64,000 nt of DNA from assembly GCF_009914755.1 (NCBI RefSeq), contig NC_060928.1. The stretch is one strand, 5' to 3'. Made by a program: the position numbers and the translations under genes. A model generated the notes under the pieces. That model was not told where the DNA came from, searched no databases, and saw only the letters and a list, made by a program, of their open reading frames with translations. The stretch comes from the human T2T-CHM13v2.0 reference genome, Homo sapiens. Of the stretch, positions 25,403-38,280 are shown one piece after another. Within the stretch, counting starts at the first letter, position 1, and each line of letters opens with the position of its first letter.

Positions 25403-27274
25403 CAGGGTGAGGTCCACAGATGCTGATTGAGGCCAGCAACCGTGCCCCTGGCACCCCCAGCCCCGGGACAGAGCAGCAAGGAAACAGGGCCACAGGCAGG
25501 GCTCTTGATCCTCGTGGGCGGCATCCTCGCCTCCCGTGGTGAGGGTAGGGGGGGCGTGCGGCAGCAGGAGCACAGGCCTGGGGTCGTGGTGCTGCAGCAT
25601 GGCCGCAGCTGACAGACGGGCAGGCACCAGAGGGTGGTAAGGTAGAGTGACTGGGTCAGCAGGGCCTGAGTGCCCAGCAGAGTGGACTTTATCTGGAAGT
25701 CAGGGGTGGGATGCAATCAGGTCTGATCTTCAGAAAGGCCACCTGGCCAAGGGCGGGGACAGATCAGAGAGGGGGAACTGGAGTAGGGAGGAGGGAGTGG
25801 AAGGGAGGACTGGGGTGGGCAGAGGCCAGTGGTCAGGAGGGGAGAGCCAAAGCAGCTATAAGGGTGCAACCTGGAGGGCTGCATGGAAGAAGTGCCATTT
25901 CCACCCTCAACTTGTGGGAGTCCTTGCCTTGTTCATTGCTGTGCCAAGGGTGGGGGCCATGTTGGGCATGGAGGTGGGCAGAAGAGATGGGGCCTGCCAC
26001 CCACCAGGGCACTACAGAGCAGAGCACAGCCCCGGAACTGCACAGCTTTGAAGCTCCCAGCCCCTGGTGAGAGGGGCAAGCGGGGCCCCTGTCCAGAGAT
26101 GAGAAAACTGAGGCTCAGCCCATCTCTGCCTCCCCAAAGTGGGGCTTCTGGAAGCCAGCATGGGAGCATCCGGGCAGAATCTGCACACGGCATGGCCTTG
26201 CCCTGTGGCTGGAAGCCCCCGAGTCGGTTTCTTCATCTTTAAAATGAGGTCACATCCTCACCTCCCTCCCTCCCTCCCGGGGATGGGAGGTGCGATTGGA
26301 GGGTACAAACTGTAGAGTGTCCTGCACCCAGGCAGTCGATGCCACCCACCTGGTGTCCATGGTGATGGATGCCAGCTGGCCTTTTCGAGTGACTTCAAGC
26401 TTCCTTGAAGGGAGGAGAAAACACCTGCGTTTGCCTGGCGCTCTGATGTCTGGAGGCCCAGGCAGGGCCCAGGGCTCCCTGCCGCACGGACAGTCACGGG
26501 GGTGCTGAGACGGGCCCCTCACCGTGTCGCAGAGGCCCTAGTTGCAATCAGGTATTAATATTTCCAACACAGATATTTACAAACCTCTCCAGAGACTGCA
26601 CTGATGGACTATTGGCGATCATGCTCGGCTAAAAAGAGTATATTGATCCGGGGAAAAAAGAGGTCACTTCTTTTTAAACCCAAACCTATAAAACACTGAA
26701 ATCCATCAACCCCCAGTTCCCGGGCTGCAGAGTGACATCCAACCCCGGCTGCGGTCTCCCTGGCCTGGTCAATACAGCTCCATTAGGGGCCGCTCGCCTC
26801 GTCCCCACCCAGGCCCTGTCCAACCCTGTGGCTGTCCAGATTAATATGCACCCCAGCTCTTTAATTCTCTGTCCATTAGTGTCACATTGCCAGCTGACCG
26901 GCTTGGCTATTGATCTTGAGGAAAGCCCGCTCAGAGGGTCCGGGCCCTGCGAGGTCAGTGGGGGACACCGTGACAACTTTTGCCGGCCCGAGGGCAGAAG
27001 CTACCAAGTTTCCTGGAGTCCGTCCTTCTGTGCACAGAATCTGGTGCCTCCAGAGCTGGCCGCAGGAAGGCCAAGGGGCCTCGCACGTGAGCCAGACCGA
27101 GGTCCTCCAGGCCCCTGTTACTCACCATAGCTCAGAGACACCCGCGGACCCTGGGCTGCACCATCCAGGGCCTGGGTCCCACCTCAGGACATGGGGGCCC
27201 AGGAGGGGCCGGGGGCTCAACATGTTGAGCATCTTCTCATGCCAGGCACCAGAGAGGCCCCTGATCCCTGCCCC

Positions 27275-27365
27275 CTTTTCCAGTTGAGAGGCTGAAGTTT
27301 CCGAGCATTTGAGTCCCCATGAAGGTCACCCAGCAGGTGAGTGAGTGAGGTGGATTTCACTGCCC
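27275..27365 (-). mobile_element. MIR fragment
   Basis: ttttccagttgagaggctgaag...aaggtcacccagcaggtgagt resembles antisense MIR ttttacagatgaggaaactgagg...aaggtcacacagctagtaagt. Confidence 0.6.
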
Positions 27366-27715
27366 CCGCCAGCCCATACGCTTTCCACCTCATGATGAAC
27401 AAAACAAGGGAGGTGCAAAAGACAGGGCAAGGCCACCAGAGACAGGCGGGCACCAGGGGCGAGGCCACCAGAGATGGGCACCCACACTGCCCCCGGATGA
27501 AGGAAGCACCAGGTGCCGCCCAGCAGGGCTCGGTGGAGAGGTGGGGCCAAGGGAGCCACGCGGCTGCTGCGTGGGGAGGGTGACGAGGCTGCACACAGAG
27601 GAGCCCGGGCCCCCTCTTGGAGGGAGTAGGGGCATGATGGTGCCTCCCAGGGGCTTCTAGTCTGCGTGTGAGGCAGAGGACAGCCTGGATGGGAGGAAGG
27701 AGTCCTCAGGACCAG

Positions 27716-27792
27716 CCAGGGCCATCCAGGGGAGATATGGCAGAGCCCAGACCAGGGCTATCCAGGGGGGACATGGCAGAGCCCAGACCAGA
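27716..27792. repeat. ~36-bp tandem duplication
   Basis: ccagggccatccaggggagatatggcagagcccaga x2. Confidence 0.8.
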
Positions 27793-28707
27793 GCCTGGGG
27801 CCGGTGAGGATGGAGCAAAATGGTCCTCAACAACCACAGAGCAGCAGACCTGCCGGTGACCCACAAGGGTGGCAGGCGCCATCCCCACGCCCACCCCCTC
27901 CCTGTTCTGCACTTTGTCCCTGATGTTACAAACCCCCAGCCAGCAGGGCAATGTCAGAGGTCATGAGAACTCCTCAGGTGCACGCGTGGGGGTTCCTCTG
28001 GGGGCAGCAAGGGAGTTGGGAGGAGGCAGTGTGGGAGCCCACGGCCCAGGTGGGACCCAGGCTCTGCCTCCTGTCACTGTGGGAGAAGCCTTGGGCACAT
28101 GCACAGAGCTCTCTGAGCCTCAATTTCCTCATCTGTAAAATGGGGATAAACACGCTGACCCCTCCCAGGCAGGGAGGGCTACAAAGAGGCAGACAGACAG
28201 CAGGGACCCCACCAGAGCTGCTCCCCCAGACCCTCCACCCACCCTTCCCACAAATGCTGTGGTGGAAATTTCTTGACGGCACGGACACTTTGCATTTTTC
28301 TCCCGCATTGAAGTGAGTTCTAATCCCTGTGTCACTGTGCAATCGTCTCGAATTTTATCACATTTTCTCATCTGAAAATGATCTCAGCGCTGTGGTGTAG
28401 GTTGGAGGAAGCAATTGGGTTGACTGTGAGTGAAGGGGGCCGGCATCTCCAGCTGAAACCACTCCCTGTCCAGCACCCTGCCAGGGCCCAGCCCCTGGCC
28501 CCCACCGGGTAAAGGCTTATTGAGAAGTGAACTGAACCCTGAAAAGGAGCGGCAGGAGCTGGGGAGGAGAGCTGGGTAGGGGGCGTCCACCTGGAGGGTG
28601 GACGCTGCCCGCCGGCTCTGCCTTGGGGAAGAGGAAGCCACCATGAGCCAGCACGTAGACAGCTTGGCTTCCAAGAACACTGCTGTCACCTGTGGGGAGG
28701 ACGTCCC

Positions 28708-29152
28708 TGTGGGTGTATAGTGTCCCCCAAACCCATGTCCACCCACAGCCTCAGAGTGTGCCCTCATTTGAGCACAAGGTCTTTGCCAATGTAGTTAGTT
28801 AGGTTGAGATTAGTTCACTCTGGATCAGGGTGGGCCTAAATCCGATGCCTGGTGTCTTCATGAGAAGAGGACGGGACACAAGCACACGGGGACACAGAGG
28901 GCTGAAGGAGCTGCAAGCATGGAGGCAGAGACCACAGGGACACAGCCACAAGCCAAGGATGACGGAGGACCGCCGAAGCCAGCAGGAGCCGGAGAGAGGC
29001 CGGAACGATGCTCCCTCCCAGCCATGGGAGGAGCCTGCCCTGCCCACACCTGGATCTCAGGCTTCTGGCCTCCGGGGCTGTGAAGCAGTAATGTGCTGCG
29101 GTTTGAAGGCCCCAGTTGGTGGTCCTTTGCTTTGGCAGCCCCAGGACACTGG
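28708..29152 (+). mobile_element. MaLR LTR (MLT1B/C-like)
   Basis: aggtctttgccaatgtagttagtt, ggatcagggtgggcctaaatccgatgcctggtgtc, cttctggcctcc...ggcagccccaggacact. Confidence 0.82.
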
Positions 29153-30854
29153 TCCTAACCCCAGAGCTTGGGGCCTGCCCTCCCGGCCAGCCGTCTTGAG
29201 TGATCCACTCCAAGAAGCCTAGGAGGGGCTAACCCTACTGCTTATGCTTGGAGCTGTGCCAAGTTCCAGGAGAAAACCACGTGCAGTGGAGAGGGGACAC
29301 ATCCAGGGCCCCGAGGTGAAGAATCTGTGTTTAGCTGTTCCTGAAACCAGCAGAGCCCTGGGAGCCCAGGCATCCCCTATGAATCCCGCACGGGAGGCCC
29401 AGCAGACGCCACTGCCGGTCGCCTTGGGGTGTGGGTTGGCCATGTCCTCCCTCACATCCCTGGGGCTGATGGAACACAGGCAGCTTGGAGGGCCGTGCCC
29501 CTGCTCTGATCAGCCCAGGAAGACAGCAGCCAGGTCCCCACCACACAAGGCCACCTGGGCCTCGAAAGTGAATCCCAGCAACACCAGCCCCAGCCCACCC
29601 TGAGGCCAAGGCAGACAAACACTCGAGAGATGGGTGCCAGCCACAGCATGCCCACTGCCGCAGCGCCCACTGTCTGCAGCCCCTCAGGCGGGACCGGGCC
29701 AAGGCTGATGCAGCCAAGGCGGGGAAACCCGACCATGCAGAACTCGGCTCTTCAGCAGTCTCGCTTATCCAGGGCTCTATTTTAAACTCAGAAGGGGTCA
29801 GAAAGGTTTTCTGGGTTGCCAGCCTACACGTCCGAAGCTCCTGTACTAACAGCTACTCAAAGTGCTCATGCAGATCCTGCCACTTGTTACCCCAGGATAT
29901 AGTGACCTGTTTCAGAGCACAGAGCAGGTGAAACCGCTAAATGTGAAAAGGAAGAGGATCTTGCTCAAGATACAGGTGAAAGAGTAGCCACCGCCTGCCA
30001 GCAAAGAAAATGCAGACGGAGGTGCAGGAACCCTGGCGTCCGCCTGGCCCTCTGGTGCAGGAACCAGCCTTCCACATACATCAGCAGCCCGGGCGCCATC
30101 CTCCAGGGCCTTTGTCACCTGGGAAGGATTTATCTACAGTCCTAGGCTGGAGGCTGCAGAAATGGAGATGATTCTGGAAACTCTCCTGCCCTCAAGGGGT
30201 TCTCTGCTTATGTAATAAAACATTTGATGATGGTGTAATGACTGAGGTACAAATTGGCTGCTGTTTCAGAGGCTTAAACACCGTAGGGCCAGGAGATCAG
30301 AGCTCGACAGGCAGCCCCTCCCCGACGTGGTCAAATGCATTGCCACTCTGCGAGGTTTCTGGGGACAGCCCTCATCCACTCTGCACTCGAGGGAGTTAAG
30401 GGAAGGAGAGAGGCTGACCTTCCCCCTGCAGGCCCAGCCCCAAAGTGCTGCCCCCAGCACTCGCATCCCACACCCTGGCACGTGGTATCCTGGCCACACT
30501 TGGCTGTAACGGAGGCTGGGAAATGCAAGCTTTTTTCGGGTGCCTGAGAGATACAAATCAGAAGTTCTATCGCTGTTAAAGAACAAGAGAACAAATACCG
30601 GGGTTGGATCGGAGTCGCTGCCACTGCAGGCCTACACGATGCCAACAAGGGACAGATCTCTCTAGAGGGACAGACTGGCCTGAATGCATGCCTCTCCTCC
30701 AGGTTCCTGCCCCCAAGAGCTGCCCCACTGCCCGGTGCTCAGGGAACTGCGGGCTCGAGGCGTGTAGTTGGTGGCATCAAGATCTGTGCACACCTGCTCT
30801 ACCTGCCCCAGCCCAGGGACCAGCAGTAAAGAGGCTGGCTTGGATGAGGTGGTG

Positions 30855-31605
<751 letters not shown>

Positions 31606-31765
31606 TCATGCCTCCCTCTGGAGCTGGCACTGGCACTCCCATCCCACAGATGAGGAAACTGAGGCTCAGAGAGGCAGAGTGACTTCGGCAAAGCCATGCC
31701 GGCAGCAGGACTCATTTATTTCCTGGCCCCTCGTGGGGCTCTTCCTTCTCCTTCTCACAGAGTAT

Positions 31766-31988
31766 CTGGGTCCTCAGCCCAGGAATCCCATGAGGCCGGA
31801 CAGCATCCTCCCAAAACGGAACTCAGTCCCCTGTCTCCTGTAACCAAAGGAAGCCACGGGGCCAGAGGAGTCCGGCCTTTCCAGATCTCGCCTGCCGTGG
31901 TCCTGTCACAAGGAGGATGCTTGCTGGCCAAGCAGGCAGAGGTAGAGACAGAGGCCCGCAGGCCGGGAGGAGGGAGAGGTAGAGGCCC
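31766..31988 (+). repeat. Direct duplication copy 1, running into the VNTR
   Basis: ~94% identical to 32931-33152 by hand alignment. Confidence 0.95.
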
Positions 31989-32712
31989 ACAGACCAGGAG
32001 GAGGGAGAGATGGAGGCCCACAGGCCAGGAGGAGGGAGAGACAGAGGACCACAGGCTGGGAGGAGGGAGAGGCGGAGCCCACAGAGCGGGGGAGGGAGAG
32101 GCGGAGGCCCACAGGCCGGGAGGAGGGAGAGATGGAGGCCCACATGCCAGAAGGAGGGAGAGACAGAGGACCATAGGCCAGGAGGAGGGACAGGTGGAAG
32201 CCCACAGACCGGGAGGAGGGAGAGATGGAGGCCCATAAACTGGGAGGAGGGAGAAACAGAGGCCCACAGACCGGGAGGAGGGAGACATGGAGGCCCACAA
32301 ACGGGGAGAAGGGAGAGGCGGAGGCCCACATGCCGGGAGGAGGGAGAGGCAGAGACCCGCAGGCTGGGAGGAGGGAGAGGTGGAGGCCCACAGGCCAGGA
32401 GGAGGGAGAGCCGGAAGCCCACAGGCCGGGAGGAGGGAGAGACAGAGGCCCACAGGCCAGGAGGAGGGAGAGGAGGAAGCCCACAAACCAGGAGGAGGGA
32501 GAGATGGAGGCCCACAGACCAGGAGAAGGGAGAGGCAGAGGCCTGCAGGCTGGGAGGAGGGAGAGATGGAGGCCTGCAGGCTGGGAGGAGGGAGAGATGG
32601 AGGCCTGAAGGCTGGGAGGAGGGAGAGGCAGAGGCCCGCAGGCTGGGAGGAGGGAGAGATGGAGGCCTACAGGCCGGGAGGAGGGAGAGGCGGAGGCCTG
32701 CAGGCGGGGAGG
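31945..32712. repeat. 31-bp purine-rich VNTR, ~25 copies
   Basis: Unit gaggcccacaggccgggaggagggagagaca. Confidence 0.96.
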
Positions 32713-32930
32713 CTTTTCTCCCCACCTCGGCATCTCCAGATAATGGTGATGATCGTGGCTGTTTGCTGCAGAATTCCCATGTTCCCATCTGGCCTTCCTA
32801 AGGACAGAGAATGGGATCGTGAGGAAGGAAGGGAGACTGGGCAGCATGGAGGGGCTGCCAGGCCAGGTGCAGATTGCAGCATCCACGGTGCTCACCTAGG
32901 GCTACAGTGGCGGCTGCCTGCGTGCTTCAC

Positions 32931-33152
32931 CTGGGTCCTCAGCCCAGTAATCCCATGAGGCTGGACAGCATCCTCCCAAAACGGAACTCAGTCCCCTGTC
33001 TCCTGTCTCCAAAGGAAGGCACGGGGCCAGAGGAGCCCGGCCTCTCCAGATCTCACCTGCCCTGGTCCTGTCACAAGGAGGACGCTTGCTGGCCAAGCAG
33101 GCAGAGGTAGAGACAGAGGCCCACAGGCCGGGAGGAGAGAGAGGCGGAGGCC
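32931..33152 (+). repeat. Direct duplication copy 2, with ~1 VNTR unit
   Basis: ctgggtcctcagcccag...gtagagacagaggcccacaggccgggaggagagagaggcggaggcc. Confidence 0.95.
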
Positions 33153-33974
33153 ACTCCAGCTGGAGCCCATGTCTTCCTTACTTCAGAGCACAAATTATCT
33201 AATAACCCTCCTAGAGCCACAGAGCATGGACCTCTGGGCTTGGCAGTCACTGTTGTGTGCACCTAAATGGCTCCATGTCAAACTTATTTGGCAAATACAG
33301 AACAGATTGTCAGTCAACACCCCCTTTCTCTAACGAGAATGTAAAGACACCCCCCACTTCTCGCTTCTGAACACCAGCATGCCATTGCCCCTCCTTGCTT
33401 TGTGGCACAGCCTCAGGGTCTTCCTCTGACAGACTGCCTGGCAGCTGAAGCCCCCTCACCCGGGATCGCCGACGCTTGTAACCGATGGATCAATAAGTCT
33501 CCCGAGGCCCCCGGGGAGGCCCCCACATCCCTGCTGCCCCTCTCCAGTTGCAGAATTAAAAGGCAAGCTTGTTGTTGGCGTTGTAATGAGCTATGTGCCC
33601 GGGGCTCCTGTTACAAGGAGCTGAGAGCCCGTTCCTCCTTAGGCTGGGGTCAGAGGCCTCTTGCTCCTTCCTGAGATGGGTGGGTCTCAGGATGTGGTAG
33701 CAGCTGCCACGGGTCCCCTTCCTTCTGCTGGGGACCAGGGTCTAGACACCCAGAGCATCTGAGCTACAAGAGCTCCCTCACCCCTGGGCTCCACGTACAG
33801 ATGGGAAACCAAGGCCCAGGTGAGGATGAAAGGTTTGCCCTGAGCCCATAGCAGGTAACTGAGTAGTTGTAATTTTATTAACTTTTTTCAAAATTCTTAA
33901 AATTCCTAAGCTTAGCACATAAAGTCCTTTATGTAGGAACTGTTGCTTTCCAAGCCATTGGGAATCACTAACTA

Positions 33975-34320
33975 CACACACACACAGCACACAGGTGCAC
34001 ATGCACACACAGCACACAGGTGCACACACATACACACACAGGTGCACATGCACAGCACACAGGTGCACACACATACGCAGGCACACGTGCACACAGCACA
34101 AAGGTGCACACACACACGCAGGCACACGTGCACACAGCACACAGGTGCACACACAAAGGTACACATGCACATGCAGCACACAGGTGCACACACACATACA
34201 CACACAGGTACACATGCACACACAGCACACAGGTGCACACACATACACACACAGAGGTGCACATGCACACACAGCACACAGGTGCACATGCACATAGCAC
34301 ACAGGTGCACACATACACAT
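33975..34320. repeat. CA-rich minisatellite (cacacagcacacaggtgcaca)
   Basis: Read directly. Confidence 0.93.
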
Positions 34321-35203
34321 GCCTTCTTCATTCTCACGATTGGATCCCTCACTTCAGTTCTCCAAGGGCCTCTGCCCTGGCCATTCCCTGTGCCTTGAGT
34401 ACCCTCTCCACTTCCTTTATTTGTTCAGCCAATCCCTGCCCTTTCACAAAGCCCAGCTTGGGCATCACCTTCTCTAAAAACGATTTCCTCATCCCCCAAC
34501 CTCGGCTGGGTGGGGGCCTCCTCTGGGATTCCACAGCATCCATGCTTCCCTCCGTCCCGGCACATTGACCCATGTGGTCAGCCCCTCTGGCTACCCAGCA
34601 GAACTGTGACTGCCTCTGGGGCTTGGCCGAAGCTCTGTGGTCCCCAGCCCAGCACACCAGAGTAGCTGCTCAGTGAATACTAAGTGGACACAAAATTCCT
34701 CCACTTCCAAAAAAAAAAAGAAAAGAAGAAAAAGAACGAAAGAAAAAAATAATAATTCCTCCATTTTCTAAATAAAAAAAAATCCTCCATCTCCCGTCAA
34801 TCAAACAGTGCTCTCTAACCCAGACATGCTGATCATTGCCTCTTCCACAGGTTTCAACGGAATCATGTACTTTCGCTGACCTGTGAGGCTGGCCCCAAAT
34901 CCAGTGTCTCAGGTGCACCTGGGTGGGCTGCAAACTTGAAGTCTCTGAGTGCTTCAGGAAAATCCCACGAGAAAGGTGTGTGGTCCCTTCTCTTCTCACA
35001 GCCAGGGAAGGGCCAGGGGGCGGGGGGCAGCCAGGAGAGACCTATTTGGGGGACAAGTTGTTGCAAGGCGGACTTAGAGGGACCTCAGAACTCCCACCTG
35101 GGCCCGCTTGGTGTTCCGGCTTGGGTCCGGTTTCTCAAAGTTCCCAGGGGTTGGGGAGGAAGGAGGTGTTATTGTTTAGTGGGTGCAGAGCTCTGTTGAG
35201 GAT

Positions 35204-36424
35204 CGTGTCAGTCCGGGGTTCTTCAGGGAAACGGAACCGATGGGAGACAGACGTGCACACGCACACACAGAGGGAGACGCACACACACACACACAGAGGG
35301 AGATAAACACACGCATGCACACACACAGAGGGAGATAAACACACGCGTGCACACACACAGAGGGAGATGTACACACATACGCGTGCACGCACACACAGAG
35401 GGAGACGCACACACACAGGGGGAGATGCACACACATGCTCACACACGCAGAGGGAGACGCACACATACGCACACACGCACAGAGGGAGATGGACACACAC
35501 ACAGGGAGATGCACACACACACACACACAGAGGGAGATGGACACACACAGAGGGAGAGGCACACACATGCTCACACACACACAGAGGGAGGCAGACACAC
35601 GCGTACACACACACACAGAGGGAGACACACACACACAGGGAGACGGACACACACACAGAGGAAGGCATACACACGTGCACACACACAGAGGGAGACACAC
35701 ACACATACACACAGAGGGAGATGCATGCACACACACAGAGGGAGATGCACACACAGGGAGATGCACACTCACACACAGAGGGAGATGGACACACACACAG
35801 GGAGACGCACACACACGTTCACACACACAGAGGGAGGCGCGCACACACATGGAAACCCACACACACATGCACACACACACAGAGACGCACACACGTGCAC
35901 ACACACACAGAGGGAGATGCACACACACACACACAGAGGGAGGCACACACACACATGCACACACACAGAGGGAGAGGCACACACATGTGCACACACACAG
36001 AGGAAGACGTGCACATACACACACGTGCACACACACACGCGTGCGCACACACACAGAGATGACATTATTGTAAGGAGTTGGCTTTCTGGAGGCTGGCCAA
36101 CCCACAGTCAGTAGAGTCAATGTTCCTGCTGGAGTCTGGGGCCAGGCGCTGCTGGAGAGCCATGGTGCGCCGGCCCCACTCACACAGCCAGGCAGGAGAG
36201 TGCCCTTTGCCCAGGGAGAGGTGGCCCTCTGTTCCGTGCAGGCCTTCGATGGGTCAGACGCGGCCCACGCACTAGGGGAGGGCGACCTCCTTTACTCAGT
36301 CTGCAGGTTCAAATGTGACCCTCATCTGAAAACACCCTCCCAGAAACAGCCAGAATAATGTTTGAACAAAACATTTGGACATCCCATGGCCCGGTCAAGT
36401 TGACACATAAAATGGACCAACACA
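35204..36424 (-). mobile_element. ERVL MLT2-type LTR with internal repeat expansion
   Basis: cgtgtcagtccggggttcttcagggaaacggaacc at left, gtcaagttgacacataaaatggaccaacaca at right; 5-bp TSD aggat/gggat. Confidence 0.85.
35252..36058. repeat. ~800-bp (CA)n-GAGGGAGA compound minisatellite
   Basis: cacacacagagggaga blocks repeated. Confidence 0.95.
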
Positions 36425-36652
36425 GGGATAATGGAAAGGGCTTGGGGAGAGACAGTGGTGACGAGTACATGGCATGGTGAATGTCTTTAATGCTATTGCT
36501 TGTGAATTACAGTGATTAAATGATAAATATTATGTTAGGTATATATTACCACAATTGAGAAAATCACAAGGTAGATATTTAGAGATACCACATCTTACCA
36601 GATTTTCTTTTAACGGCTATGATTAGCAAACCCTTTCTGTGAGGTTCAGAAC

Positions 36653-36939
36653 CAGGGTCGACAAACTTTGTAAAGGCCTAGGAGAATCTGTGTTTGCACT
36701 CTCTGCTGCACCTGCTCACCTCTGTCCAGGTGTCAGGAAAGCAGCCGAAGGTAACAAGTACAGGAAAACGTCATTTATGAACATGAAAATTTGAATTTCT
36801 TATCGTTTTCATGTGTCACAAAATATTTGTCTTCCTCTGATTCTTTCCAGCCTTTAAAAACATAAAAGCCTTTTTTAGATCACCTGTTATACAAAAGCAG
36901 ACCAGATTCAGCCCGGGGGCTGTTGTTTCCCAACCCCCG
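36653..36939 (+). mobile_element. MER58B-like hAT DNA transposon
   Basis: cagggtcgacaaactttgtaaagg...aaatttgaatttc...tttcatgtgtcacaaaata...tttcccaacccccg. Confidence 0.78.
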
Positions 36940-38149
36940 ATCTAGACAAAGAGCATCTGGGGCCAAGAACACCAAGGTGGGTGCCAACCACAAGCAAACG
37001 CAGCCCCAAGGGCTCAGCCAGGCCGGGGCATCCGGGCATCTGGAGTCCAGTCTCACTGCGTGTGCTGCTTAGGAGCAGAGCGCAGGCTTCCCAGGGCTGG
37101 GTGGGGATTGGCAGAGGACAAATAGGGGAGGCAGGCACCCAGGAGACCCAGAAATGCCAACCGCCAGGCTGCTCCAAGCAGGGGCACCCCAGCCACCCTG
37201 GGGCAGCAGGCATCCACCCTCTCAACCTACACCCCCAGGTCCGCTCTGCCACCCCAGCAGCCCCACCTAAGCCCTGGCAGTTCCAGCTCCTGCTGGATCC
37301 TTGCCTGCTCCCACATCCAGGGAGACACCCTGCTAGAGGCCCACCCCTCCCAGGCCGGCTGCTCCAGAAAAGCCTGTGGGCAACAGACCACGAGGGACCG
37401 TTGGGGTTGCCTGGGACTGAGGACTGTCTCAGGGTCCATGACTTTCAGTGGTGCATCTGGTCACCCTCCATGCCACCCATATGGTCCCAAGGCCCCTGAC
37501 TGGTCCAATCAGCAGAGGGAGGGGTGGGAATGGAGGGACAGAGGATGCCATCACCCAGTGCCCCTGCAGCCGGCATTGTGCCGGGCACACTTAGCAGCTC
37601 AAGAACTAGAAGGAACAGGGGAGGGGACCAGATGACTCTTCTCATTCAGATTCCCTTTTATAATGTGTGGTCTATGCACCCAACAGCAGACAACAGGGCA
37701 ACCCACGCTGCAGGCGGCACAGGAAGAATCTCCCTGACAGACGCCAGCAAAAGAGCCCAGCCTGGGTGATTCTGTTTTCCCAAAGTACGAAAGAAACAGG
37801 CAAAGCCAGCCCCCAGTGTTACCTTCGGGGAGTCGCTGAGGGGTGCTTCGAATGGTCGAGCCGTGGTCCTGGCCCGGTGCTGGTCCCCCAGCGGTGCTTG
37901 GCCAGAGAGGTCACCCGCTGCGCACTGAGGGTCCATGCACCTCGCCGCGAGTTCCTGTGTGCACCGAAGCAAGTGCTTACAGAGGGAGAAGGTGCCTCCT
38001 TACGAAGCATCTCCTGCTTGGCTCTGTGTGACCTGCTAGCTAGCCTCTTGACCAACCTGGGCCAAGTATCTCCACCAGTCTGGCCAAGTGCTGCGCCCTG
38101 GGAGGGGAAGCTCCCCACTTGTGTTCAGAGTCCCCCAGGGGCAAGGCAT

Positions 38150-38280
38150 TCTTACTCCTCATTTTACAGATGAGAAAACTAAGGCCAAAGAGGTGGTCAG
38201 TGGCCCAAAGTCACCCTGCGTGCCAAGATGCAACCCCCATCTGCCAGAGCTCCAAGCACTCTGTCTTCCCTCTCTGTAAC
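38150..38280 (-). mobile_element. MIR fragment
   Basis: ctcattttacagatgagaaaactaaggccaaagagg. Confidence 0.72.

Larger units (their letters stand above)
35140..36565 (+). mobile_element. Old L1MB-like 3'UTR fragment split by the MLT2 LTR
   Basis: ttgtttagtgggtgcagagctctgttgaggat | ...gtgaatgtctttaatgcta...attatgttaggtatatattaccacaatt. Confidence 0.7.

Noticed and set aside
31755-32958. Long ORFs (up to 329 aa) on both strands
   Set aside because: Products of a stop-free 31-bp VNTR; repetitive translations in multiple frames
35135-36183. Cys/Val- and His/Thr-rich ORFs
   Set aside because: Translations of a (CA)n-type repeat
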